Below are positions 47,006 through 57,410 of a stretch of DNA of 64,000 bases, piece by piece. This DNA is from Phycisphaerales bacterium (GTDB taxonomy: Bacteria; Planctomycetota; Phycisphaerae; Phycisphaerales; UBA5793). The first letter of the stretch is position 1, and each line of letters begins with the position of its first letter. The notes under the pieces were generated by a model, which made no database searches, was not told where the DNA came from, and saw only the letters and a program-made list of their open reading frames with translations. The DNA is taken from positions 31,708 to 95,707 of the forward strand of contig JBGASM010000009.1 in assembly GCA_044229655.1 (NCBI GenBank), in the 5' to 3' direction. Both the position numbers and the translations under genes were made by a program.

Positions 47006-47034
47006 TTGACACTGAAAGTATAGTCACTATATTT
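47006..47034 (+). promoter_or_regulatory. sigma70 promoter with overlapping palindromic operator
   Basis: TTGACA (47006-47011), 16-nt spacer, TATATT (47028-47033); palindrome TATAGT-C-ACTATA (47019-47031). Confidence 0.7.
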
Positions 47035-47085
47035 GCAATCGCGATGGCCGTTGGTCGCGCCCAACCCTACTCAAGGAGTCTGTCA

Positions 47086-47466
47086 ATGAGCAGCAAGCCG
47101 GAGTTCACCGTCGGAGTCACGCTCGCGTGTCAATGCAAGGACATCAAGGCCACGATCAGGTGGTACGAGGAGGTTCTTGGACTTTCGCTCCTGTATCATG
47201 CCGAGGAAATCGGCTGGTGTGAAATCGCATCACCCACGAAGGATGTGTCGATCGGCTATTCACAGGTCGAGAGCCCGAAAGTCGGTGCGGGGCCGGTCCC
47301 GGTGTTCAATGTCCCGGACATCGCGGCTGCGCGGGCGGCGATGGAAGCGCGCAAGGCTAAGTTTGATGGTGCAACGCGGGAAATACCCGGCCTGGTGAAA
47401 CTGGCGACCTATTTCGATCCGGACGGAAACGCGTTCATGTTGTCGCAGAGCCTTTCGAATCAGTAA
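47086..47466 (+). CDS. VOC/glyoxalase family protein
   Basis: WYEEVLGL, VFNVPDI, YFDPDGN; AAGGAG RBS. Confidence 0.92.
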   Translation: MSSKPEFTVGVTLACQCKDIKATIRWYEEVLGLSLLYHAEEIGWCEIASPTKDVSIGYSQVESPKVGAGPVPVFNVPDIAAARAAMEARKAKFDGATREIPGLVKLATYFDPDGNAFMLSQSLSNQ

Positions 47467-47499
47467 GAGGCGCCACCGCCCACTGAGAAGGAGAACGTC

Positions 47500-48045
47500 G
47501 TGAGAGTCAGCCACCTCCAGATTGGCAGCGCCTGCGCGGCACTGGCGATGGTCGCCCTGAGTTTCGGCGGATGGCAAGAGAGTCCGGCGGTGAATCCGCA
47601 GGCTACCCCTGCCGCCGCTGAGGCAAAGGCGGGCGTCAAAGACTTCGCCTGGCTGGAGGGCACGTGGACCAGGACGGATGAGACCAGCGTGCTCGAAGAA
47701 GTGTGGAATGCCCCGTTGGCGGATTCGGTGAGTGGGACATTTCGGTGGGTGCGTGACGGCAAAACGTGGATGTACGAACTCATGACCATCGAGGAAGAAG
47801 CCGAGGGCGTCGTCCTTCGGCTTCGGCACTTCGAACGAAACCTCAAGCCATGGGAGGCCGGGGAGGCCCTCACCTATCCGCTGAAAAGCGTCCAAGAGAA
47901 CGAGGCGGTCTTTGAGAATCCGGAACCCGGCGAGGGCCACCCGGTGCGGCTGAGGTATGTGCGCGACGGTGATCGCCTGGTCGTCACTCTGGAGGAGGAG
48001 AAGGACCCGAGCCAGAGTTTCGAGTTCACGCGTCGGCAGAAGTAA
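47500..48045 (+). CDS. Secreted DUF6265-like protein
   Basis: Signal peptide; FAWLEGTW, EEVW, LRLRHF, AVFENP; AAGGAG RBS. Confidence 0.8.
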   Translation: MRVSHLQIGSACAALAMVALSFGGWQESPAVNPQATPAAAEAKAGVKDFAWLEGTWTRTDETSVLEEVWNAPLADSVSGTFRWVRDGKTWMYELMTIEEEAEGVVLRLRHFERNLKPWEAGEALTYPLKSVQENEAVFENPEPGEGHPVRLRYVRDGDRLVVTLEEEKDPSQSFEFTRRQK

Positions 48046-48055
48046 TCTGCGGGGG

Positions 48056-49390
48056 TCAGACCAGGAGTCCTGCGGGCGCTTCCAGCATGGCCTTGAGGGT
48101 TTGCAGGAAGCGTGCGGCCATGGCGCCGTCGATGATGCGGTGATCGTTGCTAAGCGTCACGGTCATTTCGTGACCAATGACAATCTGGTCCTGGCGGACG
48201 ACGGGACGCTTGACGGTCGCCCCGACTGCCAGGATGGCCGCGTTGGGGGGATTGATGATGGCGGTGAAATGTTCGACCCCGTACATGCCGAGGTTTGAGA
48301 GCGTGAACGTGGAGCCGGTGATTTCCTCGGATTTCAGACCCTGGGTGCGGGCCTTTTCCGCCAAGCGCCGCGTTTCCGCGGAAATCTGGCGCAGGCCGAG
48401 GAGATCGGCGTCATAGATGGTGCCGACGACGAGTCCGCCGCCACGCTCTTCGGGAAGGCTGATGGCGACACCGACGTTGACACGATCTGCGATGCGAATT
48501 GACTCACCGGCCCAGGATGCGTTGAACATCGGGTGCTGATGAATCGACAAGGCGCAGGCGCGAACGATGAAGTCATTGACGGAGAGTTTGACGTTCTGAG
48601 CGGCTAACTGGGTATTGATGGTCTCGCGAAGAGCGACAAGGGGATCCATGTCGATGACGCATGAGACCTGATAGTGCGGAATCGTTGATTTGCTCTCGAC
48701 GAGGCGCCGGGCGATCGTCTGGCGCATGCTCGTCAGCGGGACGGTGGTGCCAAAGGCGGCGGGCCGGCCCGAGGGGGAGGAGGCTGTGGCGACACGGGCG
48801 CTGGCGATACCGCCGGTCGCGGGTGCGGAGGCCGCGCTGCTGCCGCTCTGGGCAGCCTGAAGGATGTCGCGTTTGACAATGCGTCCGCCGGGCCCGCTGC
48901 CGTGGACGGAGCGGAGATTCACACCCATGTCCTCGGCCAGGCGTTTGGCGAGCGGACTGACAATCATGCGCCCAGCGTCGCTGTGCCCATTGGTGTGGGG
49001 CGGATCCATGACCGTGACGGGCGCGGATGTGTTGACTACAGGGGCAGCGCCGGCGGAAGCTGCCGCTGTTTTCTGGGCGGGAGCGGCAGCAGGTGCAGAA
49101 GAGGCGGCGCCGCCAACAGCATACTTCGCGGCGACATCGGCGAGTTTCTCAGATGGGTCTGCAAGGACCATCATGAGTTGCCCGACACCCACTTTTGATC
49201 CGGCGGCCGTGAGTATCTTGGCCACAACGCCGGCGTCATACACGGGCATCTCCATCGTGGCCTTGTCGGTCTCCACGTCCGCGAGGACCTGACCCGCCTT
49301 GACGGAATCGCCTTCCTTCACATGCCATTTGACGAGCGTGCCGGACTCCATGGTGTCCGAGAGACGCGGCATCTTGATCTCAATCGCCAT
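48056..49390 (-). CDS. pdhC: Pyruvate dehydrogenase E2, dihydrolipoamide acetyltransferase
   Basis: Lipoyl ETDKA, E3-binding SPLAKRLA...[20 protein letters not shown]. Confidence 0.97.
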   Translation of the reverse strand: MAIEIKMPRLSDTMESGTLVKWHVKEGDSVKAGQVLADVETDKATMEMPVYDAGVVAKILTAAGSKVGVGQLMMVLADPSEKLADVAAKYAVGGAASSAPAAAPAQKTAAASAGAAPVVNTSAPVTVMDPPHTNGHSDAGRMIVSPLAKRLAEDMGVNLRSVHGSGPGGRIVKRDILQAAQSGSSAASAPATGGIASARVATASSPSGRPAAFGTTVPLTSMRQTIARRLVESKSTIPHYQVSCVIDMDPLVALRETINTQLAAQNVKLSVNDFIVRACALSIHQHPMFNASWAGESIRIADRVNVGVAISLPEERGGGLVVGTIYDADLLGLRQISAETRRLAEKARTQGLKSEEITGSTFTLSNLGMYGVEHFTAIINPPNAAILAVGATVKRPVVRQDQIVIGHEMTVTLSNDHRIIDGAMAARFLQTLKAMLEAPAGLLV

Positions 49391-49439
49391 CGCAAGCCCC
49401 TTGATCAGCGTTTGTCCTGATTCGATATCGGCCGAACAC

Positions 49440-50420
49440 TTAGGCGAGGTACATCGCCTGCTTCACAGCGGCAACGATTTTCCCCGCATGCGGGAGCATG
49501 GCCAGTTCGAGCGGCTTGCTGTACGGCGCGGGGACCTCATCGGCGCACACGCGGTAGACCCGATTGTCAAGATCGTCGATCGCCCGCTCGTAGATCTGCA
49601 TAGCGACCTCGCTGGCAATCGAGGCGAACGGCCAGGACTGATCCACGACCACGCAGTAATTGGTCTTCCGCACGCTCGCGACGATGGTGTCGATGTCAAG
49701 CGGACGAATGGTCCTGCCGTCGATGACTTCGCATTCCACGCCTTCCTTGGCCAGCGCCTCGGCCGCTTCCAGACAGAAGTGGACCGGACGGCCGAAACTG
49801 ACCAGCGTGCAATCCGTGCCGGGCCGCTTGATGTCAGCGACGCCGAAGGGAATCAGGTACTCCTCTTCCGGGACATGCCCCTTGTTGTTGAGCATGCGCT
49901 CGCTCTCGAGGAAAAAGACCGGATCGGCGGACCGAAGCGCGGTCTTGAGCAAACCCTTGGCGTCGTAGGGCGTGGACGGGATGGCCATCTTCAAGCCCGG
50001 AACATTGGCGTAGAGCGCCTCAACACACCAGGAGTGGGTCGACCCGAGCTGGCCTCCAGCGCCGTTGTTGCCGCGAAACACCACAGGACAGGGAAACTGT
50101 CCGCCGGACATGTACATCATCTTCGGCGCGTTGTTCAGAATCTGATCCGCAGCCACCAGTGAGAAAGACCAGGACATGAACTCGACGATCGGGCGCAGCC
50201 CGGCCATCGCCGCGCCGATCGCCATGCCCGCAAATCCATTCTCGGAGATCGGCAGATCGATGATGCGCTTGGGGCCAAACTCATCCAGCATTCCCTGGCT
50301 GACCTTGTACGCCCCGTTGTACTGCGCCACTTCCTCGCCGCACAGGAAAATGCGCTTGTCGCGTCGCATCTCCTCTGACATGGCCTCACGAATCGCTTCC
50401 CGGTACTGAATCTCACGCAT
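49440..50420 (-). CDS. pdhB: Pyruvate dehydrogenase E1 beta
   Basis: [37 protein letters not shown]. Confidence 0.97.
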   Translation of the reverse strand: MREIQYREAIREAMSEEMRRDKRIFLCGEEVAQYNGAYKVSQGMLDEFGPKRIIDLPISENGFAGMAIGAAMAGLRPIVEFMSWSFSLVAADQILNNAPKMMYMSGGQFPCPVVFRGNNGAGGQLGSTHSWCVEALYANVPGLKMAIPSTPYDAKGLLKTALRSADPVFFLESERMLNNKGHVPEEEYLIPFGVADIKRPGTDCTLVSFGRPVHFCLEAAEALAKEGVECEVIDGRTIRPLDIDTIVASVRKTNYCVVVDQSWPFASIASEVAMQIYERAIDDLDNRVYRVCADEVPAPYSKPLELAMLPHAGKIVAAVKQAMYLA

Positions 50421-50483
50421 GGGGACTCTTCCTGATGTCTGCGGGCCGGCCCGCAGGCGTTCATTGATTGAGAAAACCGCCGC

Positions 50484-51761
50484 TCACCACTGGGCACGTC
50501 GGCCCGGCTGATTCATCATTTCGGGGAGCGGTGTGGAGGTGAAGTGCCCGTAAGGCTCGGAGTAGATGTCCGAGTACAACTCGGTATTCACATCGGGGAA
50601 GGGCGACTCTTCCGCAAACTTCACCGCATCGCGTACTTCGGCCTTGACGGAGGCGGCCATCTCCTGGTACTGCTGCTCATTCATCGCGCTTTCCGCAAAC
50701 AGCATATTGGCCAATTTCTGGATCGGATCATGGCCTTCGTACGCAGCGACTTCTTCCTTGGTCCGGTACTTCTGCGGATCGGACATCGAGTGCCCTTTGT
50801 ACCGATAGGTCTTCAGATCGACAAATGCCGGCTTCTGATGCTCGCGGCTCCAGTCCGCCGCCGCCTTCATGCCGTGATAGACGTTCATCACGTCCATGGC
50901 GTCGATTTCATACGCGGGCATGTCGTAGGCCGCCGCCTTGGCCGCCAAATTGTGCGCTGCGGAGGTGCCGCGCTCAATCGATGTACCCATCGAGTAGCCG
51001 TTGTTCTCCAGGCAGAAGATGCAGGGAACCGCCAGCACGGAGGCCAGGTTCATGGCTTCGTGGAGCGCGCCCTGATTGAGCGCTCCATCGCCGAAGAATG
51101 CCAGCGACACACGCGGCGAGCCCTTGCCGAGCACTTCATTCTCATACTTGGTCGCAAATGCCAGGCCCACGCCCAAAGGAGCCTGGCCGCCGACGATCGC
51201 ATGCCCGCCGTACATGTGATTGCGCTTGTCGAAAAAGTGCATTGAGCCGCCCTTGCCCTTGGCGCAGCCGGTCACTTTTCCGAACATTTCCGCCATGGCA
51301 TATCGCGCTTCCATCCCGCAGGCCAGGCCGTGCCCGTGATCGCGGTAGGCTGTGACAACGGGATCATCCGGCTGGAGCGCGGCCACGCAACCCACGGCCA
51401 CCGCCTCCTGCCCGATGTACACGTGGCAGAAGCCGCCGATCTTGGCCTCCTGGTAGGCCTGCATCGTGCGAAGCTCGAACTCGCGGATCAGCATCATGTC
51501 CCGCAGCCACTTCATACGCTGCAACGCGGTAACGGGGGGCCGGCCGGCCGGGCTGATACGAATGGGCATTGCCGCCGACACGGTCGAGGTCCGACCGTTG
51601 GACACTCCGGAAACACCATTGGTTATCTCGCGTGACTGCCCCAGCGAACACCCGGGCATCACACTTTCGGAACCATCCGTGGAGCCCGATGGTGTCGTGG
51701 ACTTGGAAACACTGCTGCCGGTGCCGCGATCGCTCGCGACGTGTGAAGTTGATTTGCTCAT
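50484..51761 (-). CDS. pdhA: Pyruvate dehydrogenase E1 alpha
   Basis: GGFCH, YRDH, GKGGSMH, FGDGA...ENN TPP motif, YRYKGHSMSDP; start uncertain (51761 or further downstream). Confidence 0.96.
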   Translation of the reverse strand: MSKSTSHVASDRGTGSSVSKSTTPSGSTDGSESVMPGCSLGQSREITNGVSGVSNGRTSTVSAAMPIRISPAGRPPVTALQRMKWLRDMMLIREFELRTMQAYQEAKIGGFCHVYIGQEAVAVGCVAALQPDDPVVTAYRDHGHGLACGMEARYAMAEMFGKVTGCAKGKGGSMHFFDKRNHMYGGHAIVGGQAPLGVGLAFATKYENEVLGKGSPRVSLAFFGDGALNQGALHEAMNLASVLAVPCIFCLENNGYSMGTSIERGTSAAHNLAAKAAAYDMPAYEIDAMDVMNVYHGMKAAADWSREHQKPAFVDLKTYRYKGHSMSDPQKYRTKEEVAAYEGHDPIQKLANMLFAESAMNEQQYQEMAASVKAEVRDAVKFAEESPFPDVNTELYSDIYSEPYGHFTSTPLPEMMNQPGRRAQW

Positions 51762-51990
51762 ACCTGCGACCCTTGGAGTGATCGATCGGAAGCGAATCCG
51801 TGATCCGGAACGATCCAGCTCTACGTTCAGCGGGCCCCTCTTCCCGCCTCTCCCCCGCAATTTTTGCCTGTTTCATCGTGAAAAAGGCACCCTATCTGAT
51901 CGCTATTCTAGGAATGCGGGAGCCTGCGACAATGGGACAAACAAAAGAGATCGGCCACGTCACGCCAGCAGGAACAGAATCCGTGCGACA

Positions 51991-52008
51991 TTGTGCATTG
52001 TTTCACAA
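51991..52008. promoter_or_regulatory. Rex-like operator between pdhA and the metallophosphoesterase gene
   Basis: TTGTGCA-TTGT-TTCACAA, one mismatch from the Rex consensus TTGTGAA-N4-TTCACAA. Confidence 0.55.
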
Positions 52009-52112
52009 AGTCGGCACATCAAATGAGCGCAGAAATAACGCTCCCGTGTGTGTCTCACGACAGCGTTTCTTCTATCTTGACCGCACGCATACATTGCAGA
52101 ATGGAGCTCACC

Positions 52113-53156
52113 ATGCCGCACAACCTGGATCCGCATTCCACATTGAATGTCTCACGTCGCCAACTGCTTCAAATCGGCGGAGCTGCCGCGCTTTCCGCTT
52201 CAATTCCCGCTTCCCTGTGGGGCGCTGCGCAACCTGCGGCGACCGCGGCGGATGAGCCCCTGCGCATCGGCGCCAATTCCGTACCCAGCGGATTGCCCAC
52301 CCGCAAGCGGGTGTTGCGACTTGCGCACCTGAGCGATATTCATGTTCAGCCGGAGCGCGGCGCGGGTGAGGGCCTGGCCGCCGCGCTGCGACATGTCCAC
52401 GCGCTGCAGGACAAGCCTGACCTGATCCTCACCGGAGGTGATCTGGTCATGGACTCGTTTGAGGCGTCGCGCGAGCGCACGCAGACGCAATGGGACCTTT
52501 TCACCAACGTCCTCGGACAAGAGTGCAAGATCCCCGTGGAGCATTGCCTGGGGAACCATGATGTCTGGGGATGGAACAAGAAGAACAGTAAGACGCGCGG
52601 CGACGAGCAAGGCTGGGGCAAAGTATGGGCATGCGACCTGCTTGGGTTGCCGGCCCCCTACCGCTCTTTCGAACGGGCTGGATGGCGATTCATCGTGCTC
52701 GACAGCGTGTTTCCCCACGAGGACGGCTATATCGGAAGGCTGGATGATGCGCAGTGGGAGTGGCTGCGCGGGACATTGGAGCAGACTGCGGCAACAACGC
52801 CCGTGCTCATTGTCTCGCACATTCCCATCCTCACCGCGACAACCTTCATGGACAACGGCCGCAAGGGCGGCGACTTCACAGTGAGCCGGTCGCTCATGCA
52901 TGAGGACATGCTGACGTTTCGCGATCTCTTCCTGAAACACCGCAACGTCCGCGTGTGCCTGAGCGGTCACATGCACCTGTACGACCGGCTCGACTACAAC
53001 GGGACAACTTTCATCTGTGACGGCGCGGTCAGCGGGTCATGGTGGAAGGGAACGCACCAGCAGACTCCGGCCGGATACGGCGTCTTCAATCTGTACGACG
53101 ACGGCACGTTTGAGAACGAATACGTCGAGTACGGCTGGGCGGCGCGCCCCGCTTGA
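52113..53156 (+). CDS. Tat-exported calcineurin-like metallophosphoesterase
   Basis: SRRQLL Tat motif; SDIH, GGD, GNHD, SH, SGHMH. Confidence 0.93.
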   Translation: MPHNLDPHSTLNVSRRQLLQIGGAAALSASIPASLWGAAQPAATAADEPLRIGANSVPSGLPTRKRVLRLAHLSDIHVQPERGAGEGLAAALRHVHALQDKPDLILTGGDLVMDSFEASRERTQTQWDLFTNVLGQECKIPVEHCLGNHDVWGWNKKNSKTRGDEQGWGKVWACDLLGLPAPYRSFERAGWRFIVLDSVFPHEDGYIGRLDDAQWEWLRGTLEQTAATTPVLIVSHIPILTATTFMDNGRKGGDFTVSRSLMHEDMLTFRDLFLKHRNVRVCLSGHMHLYDRLDYNGTTFICDGAVSGSWWKGTHQQTPAGYGVFNLYDDGTFENEYVEYGWAARPA

Positions 53157-53164
53157 TGGCACAC

Positions 53165-54571
53165 TTATCGGGAAGCCTGCACGGGTTTCAGGACGCGGGC
53201 ATCCAGCAGATGCAGCGCGCCGACGCGCAAGAAAGAGGCCTGCTTGGGGGAGGGAGCAAAGAGGACAAAGGGCATGCGCTCATCGCTGGTCGGCCGAGCG
53301 ATGCTGCGTGCAAAGACGCTGATCTGGTCAGTCAGTCCGTCGGGGTCTTTGACGGCGGCCTTGCGCTTTTCCTTGGTTTCCAGCAAAGTGGTCGGTGCCT
53401 GCGGGAGGCTCTCCCTGGGAAGAACCTGAAAACTCACTTCGCTCGTGCAATTCAGAACAACGCTCTTGTCGTCGTACCAGCCGCCGCCGATGCTGCCCTT
53501 CTTGAGTGCGAGAACCGAAGCCGCAAGGCCGCCGTCACCGCGCGTGGACTTGCCCAGCGGATCGAAGACACACACCCGACCCAGGCCTGAATGGAAAAAC
53601 AGCATGCGAAGCGAACCGTCAGGGGCGGCCGGCTGCTGCACTCCTGCGAGCATCTGGTAGGCAGTGGTTTCGCTGGCGGACATGACGAGGGTCTGCCGGG
53701 CCAGGGGCTGTCGCAGAGAGGCAGAGCTCCGCGCATCCAGCGCGACAAGATCGAGCCGGCCGTCGTCGCTGAGGAAAAAGGCGAACAGGCGCTCGCCGTC
53801 GCGACACCACACGGGGTAGAGCCAGGACCCGGAATCGGCAGGCAGTGAATACACCTCGGCATCGCCCTGAACCATCAGATCGAAGCGCTCGCCATCGACC
53901 GCGCGGCTGCACCAAGCCAGTCGACCTGCCTGACCCTGCTCACGAACATCGAGCGCTGAGTGGGCATTCACACGATCACCTTTGACGATCCAGCGGACCT
54001 CTCCCGTGCTCCAGATGACCTTGCCGATCCAGCGCGATCCATCGGCCTGAGGCGCTTCAATCAGGAACCCGTCGTGGTCGGCGCTGCGTCCAAGGATGCC
54101 CGTCTGCTCGAACCAATGAGTCTGCGTCAGGCGGAACGACTTTTGGTCTGCATCGGGGGAAATTGAGTAGACGGCCAAAGAACTGGAAACATCGAGCGGA
54201 ACGGCGTCGGGGCGGGCCAGTGCGGTTGACCATGACACCGGTACGCCTTGCTGGACCGCCAAGTACTGCCCGGCGGGATCAACCAGGGGCATGGTTTGTG
54301 AGTCGTAGGGCAGGTCGCCGGTAAATGCGGCGATCTCGGCGACGACGCCGCCCGAAGTGCGCTCCAGCGCGCGCGGCAATCCGGAGAAGGCGGTGGAGAG
54401 ATCGACATCTTCGGGCCGCTGGACGTCCATGGTCGCCGGCGCGACCGGCCGCGATGTGGGCCGCGCAGACGACCGAGAACCGGAGGCTGAGCGGGTACTG
54501 GATGTCGACTCAGTCACGCACCCGGTCGAAGAGGCAATCGCTGCAATCAGGATGAAACACGTCGTCCGCAT
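53165..54571 (-). CDS. Putative lipoprotein with TolB-like beta-propeller, last gene of the secretion cluster
   Basis: MRTTCFILIAAIASSTGC lipobox-like; YPVWCRDGERLF and LAWCS propeller-like strands; 15 nt after the secretin stop. Confidence 0.7.
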   Translation of the reverse strand: MRTTCFILIAAIASSTGCVTESTSSTRSASGSRSSARPTSRPVAPATMDVQRPEDVDLSTAFSGLPRALERTSGGVVAEIAAFTGDLPYDSQTMPLVDPAGQYLAVQQGVPVSWSTALARPDAVPLDVSSSLAVYSISPDADQKSFRLTQTHWFEQTGILGRSADHDGFLIEAPQADGSRWIGKVIWSTGEVRWIVKGDRVNAHSALDVREQGQAGRLAWCSRAVDGERFDLMVQGDAEVYSLPADSGSWLYPVWCRDGERLFAFFLSDDGRLDLVALDARSSASLRQPLARQTLVMSASETTAYQMLAGVQQPAAPDGSLRMLFFHSGLGRVCVFDPLGKSTRGDGGLAASVLALKKGSIGGGWYDDKSVVLNCTSEVSFQVLPRESLPQAPTTLLETKEKRKAAVKDPDGLTDQISVFARSIARPTSDERMPFVLFAPSPKQASFLRVGALHLLDARVLKPVQASR

Positions 54572-54586
54572 GGGCAGGTCAATCGC

Positions 54587-57364
54587 CTACTTTGACATGG
54601 TTTCGCCGTTGGTGGAAGGGGCCGGAACTTGGATCTCCTTGGGGAGCGTGATTTCGTACCCCATTTTCTTGAGCTGGTCAATGCGGTACTGAACTTCGTC
54701 ATTCGTGTCCGCCACATTGTCGAGCACGATGGGCGTGATGAAGGCGACGAGCTCCTTGTTCTGCGTATTTGTGGTCTTGGACCGGAAGAGCAGCCCCAGG
54801 AGCGGGATGTCGCCCAGCAGCGGCACTTTGCGCTTGATCTCGCTGTCCTGCTGGCGCAGGATGCCGCTGACGACCACGGTCTGTCCGTTCTTCACTGTGA
54901 CCTTGGTGGTCGTTTCGCGACGATCCAGGATGAAACCGCCGAACAGGGTTTGCCCCGGCACGATGCTGGACAGTTGCAGGTTGACACGCAGATCGACGTT
55001 GCCGTCGGTTGTGATGTGCGGGCGGGCGCTGAGGCTGATGCCCACAGCCTTGTAGTCGAAACTCTGGTTTGTCTGGCCGGTGTCAGTGAAACTCGAATCG
55101 GTGATGAAGGGGATGTCCTGGCCGTCGAAGAAGTTCGCCTCCTCATTGTCCGAGGTGTAGATGCGCGGATTGGAAAGCACACGCAGATCCGTGTCCTGAG
55201 CCAGGGCCTGCAGCGCGACATTGAGGTCGACGTTGGTGTTGAGCACGGAGGTGTCGAACAGGTCGGAGAGAATGTTGTTTTCAGTTCCTTCGATCCCATT
55301 GACGATTCGGATTTCATTATCCGGGTTCGGACTGTCGAAGATGTTGCCGCTGCCCCAACGCAGGCCCAGCGACAGGTCATTTTCAACGCTGACTTCTGCC
55401 ACGGTCGCCGCGATGAGCACCTGCCGTCCTGGCTGATCGATCTGCTCGATGATGGTGTCCACTGATCTGCGGTGCTCGGGCGGGCAGAGCACGTAGAGAC
55501 CATTTTGCGTGGCGAGCGGGACGATGCGCAATTTCCCGATCAAGGGGCTGATGGGCCGTTCATCCTCCTGAGGCTGAGTATTCTGCCACCAAAAGGTGAT
55601 CGTTTCTGCGCTGGCAGTCGAACCGTCGGTCGTCCCGCCGGTGTCGGACTCGCTGAGCGAAGAGATGTCGTTCACATTGGACAACTCGCGCTGCGTTGCC
55701 CCAATTCCCTCTCCGGATCCGGGGGGGGCGAGCAGGGCGTTGAGCACCTCTGCCGCCTTTTCAGCGTCAACGTACTTGAGTTTGTAGAGGATCGGCGCGT
55801 TAGCCTCGCTGGGCGTGTCGAGTTTTTCGATCAGTTTGTCAAGCGCGGTGAAATACTCGGCAGAGCGGGCCGTGACGAACAGCCGGTTGTTCTGGTCATC
55901 GACTTCGAAGGAAAACTGCCCGGCCAAGGGGCTGATCTTCACGCCCTCTTCCTGATTGCCCGAGCGCTGCTGGTTGTCCTGTTGGAAGCGCCCGCCGAAA
56001 AAGTCCACGCTTTCAAAAGTCGCCGTGGAAGCCTCCCCCTCGGCAAAGAGATTCCTCAGCAGATCGCGGACCTTGATCGCGTCGCTGTTCTTCAGTTCAT
56101 AGACACGCGGGACGAATGCGGCCTCGGCCAGCGGCACATCCCAGAAATTCTTGATCTGGGAGTCGATCTGATCGAGCGTTTCGCGGCCGGCCAGCACCGT
56201 CACGCTGTTGTGCGTCTTGTCGGCGACGACCTTGAGTTTGGCGGAGGTCTGCACCTCACCTTCGCCCTGGTTGCCGCCCCGTTGCACCTGGAACGCGCGG
56301 CCGCCGCGGAAATTACCGCCGCCCTGGTTCTGCTCCTGTGATTCCCCATACAGGCTCACAATGAGTTTCGCGACGGTCTCGGCATCGGAGTGCTTCAATG
56401 TGTACGTGCGCGCCACCAGGCCGCCGGAAGGGGTGTCGATCTGGTCCAGAAGCCGCTGAACGACCTTGAGCGTCTGCACGCTCGAAACCACCACCACTTG
56501 GTTGCTGTCTGCGTCAAAGGTGATCTTGCTTGTTCCGGTCTGCGGCAGAAGCGTCACAAGCATGTTGTTGATCGTTTCGGCCTTGCTGTACTTGATCTGG
56601 TAAGCCTTGCTGGCCGTCATCCCGATGTCGGTCCGCACAAGGACATCGTCCTCTGGCGCCAGCACCGGAATGTCGCCACGATTGGTCAGATCGGTCATGG
56701 CGATCAGCGAGATATGCGTGCCGTAGTCAATAACGCCCACGCCGGCATCATTCATCGCCACGCACAGCAGTGCGAACGCCTCCGCCTTCGGCTTGGGCTG
56801 CGCGTTGATCATCGTGATGGTCATCTGCCCGACCTGTGCGGATGCAGGAATGACCGGCTTGCCTGCCCACTCCGAAAGCGTGTTCAGGAGCGTGCGGATC
56901 GGCGTTCCGTTGAATGCGATCGGCACCAGGTCCCCGTCTGCGGGCACGACGAAGTTGGTGTTTGCGTCCTGCCCGCCATTGAAATCCCGTCCGCGAAAAC
57001 CGCGAAACGCGGGGCGCTCGGGCCGTTGCTGCAACTCCTCCTGCGCCGCCTCATCCGGGTCATCGGGCAATTGCTCCTCGAGCGGCAGGTCACCGAATAT
57101 GTTCTCCTCTTTGGTGTTCTCAGCGCCTTCTGTTCCCGGCGGATTCTCCGGCTCTTTGGCCGGCTCCTCGGGCGGGGGCTGCTGAGCTCGGGAAGTCAGC
57201 GCCGGCGCCGTCAGGAATGTCGAGGCGATGATCAGCGCACCAATCCGAACCCTGGGGGCGCGTTGCACACTGTGGAACGTCCTGCAATCCATGTCCACCA
57301 CTTTTCCATTCTGTGTCGTTGGTAAACGAAACGATTCGATGAATTCACGCACGATGCTCTTCAC
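54587..57364 (-). CDS. gspD: Type II secretion secretin GspD
   Basis: N-domain repeats (YQIKYSKAE, YTLKHSDAE, YELKNSDA, YKLKYVDAE), QVLIAATVAEV, VLSNP, KVPLLGDIPLLGLLFRS, FITP; start uncertain. Confidence 0.93.
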   Translation of the reverse strand: MKSIVREFIESFRLPTTQNGKVVDMDCRTFHSVQRAPRVRIGALIIASTFLTAPALTSRAQQPPPEEPAKEPENPPGTEGAENTKEENIFGDLPLEEQLPDDPDEAAQEELQQRPERPAFRGFRGRDFNGGQDANTNFVVPADGDLVPIAFNGTPIRTLLNTLSEWAGKPVIPASAQVGQMTITMINAQPKPKAEAFALLCVAMNDAGVGVIDYGTHISLIAMTDLTNRGDIPVLAPEDDVLVRTDIGMTASKAYQIKYSKAETINNMLVTLLPQTGTSKITFDADSNQVVVVSSVQTLKVVQRLLDQIDTPSGGLVARTYTLKHSDAETVAKLIVSLYGESQEQNQGGGNFRGGRAFQVQRGGNQGEGEVQTSAKLKVVADKTHNSVTVLAGRETLDQIDSQIKNFWDVPLAEAAFVPRVYELKNSDAIKVRDLLRNLFAEGEASTATFESVDFFGGRFQQDNQQRSGNQEEGVKISPLAGQFSFEVDDQNNRLFVTARSAEYFTALDKLIEKLDTPSEANAPILYKLKYVDAEKAAEVLNALLAPPGSGEGIGATQRELSNVNDISSLSESDTGGTTDGSTASAETITFWWQNTQPQEDERPISPLIGKLRIVPLATQNGLYVLCPPEHRRSVDTIIEQIDQPGRQVLIAATVAEVSVENDLSLGLRWGSGNIFDSPNPDNEIRIVNGIEGTENNILSDLFDTSVLNTNVDLNVALQALAQDTDLRVLSNPRIYTSDNEEANFFDGQDIPFITDSSFTDTGQTNQSFDYKAVGISLSARPHITTDGNVDLRVNLQLSSIVPGQTLFGGFILDRRETTTKVTVKNGQTVVVSGILRQQDSEIKRKVPLLGDIPLLGLLFRSKTTNTQNKELVAFITPIVLDNVADTNDEVQYRIDQLKKMGYEITLPKEIQVPAPSTNGETMSK

Positions 57365-57410
57365 GATGCCGCATCCATTGCTCTCTCTCCGAAATCCCGC
57401 TCAACCTTGA

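Noticed and set aside
51570-51860. Ser/Thr-rich N-terminal extension of PdhA as a novel domain
   Set aside because: Low complexity with uncertain start codon; likely disordered or untranslated.
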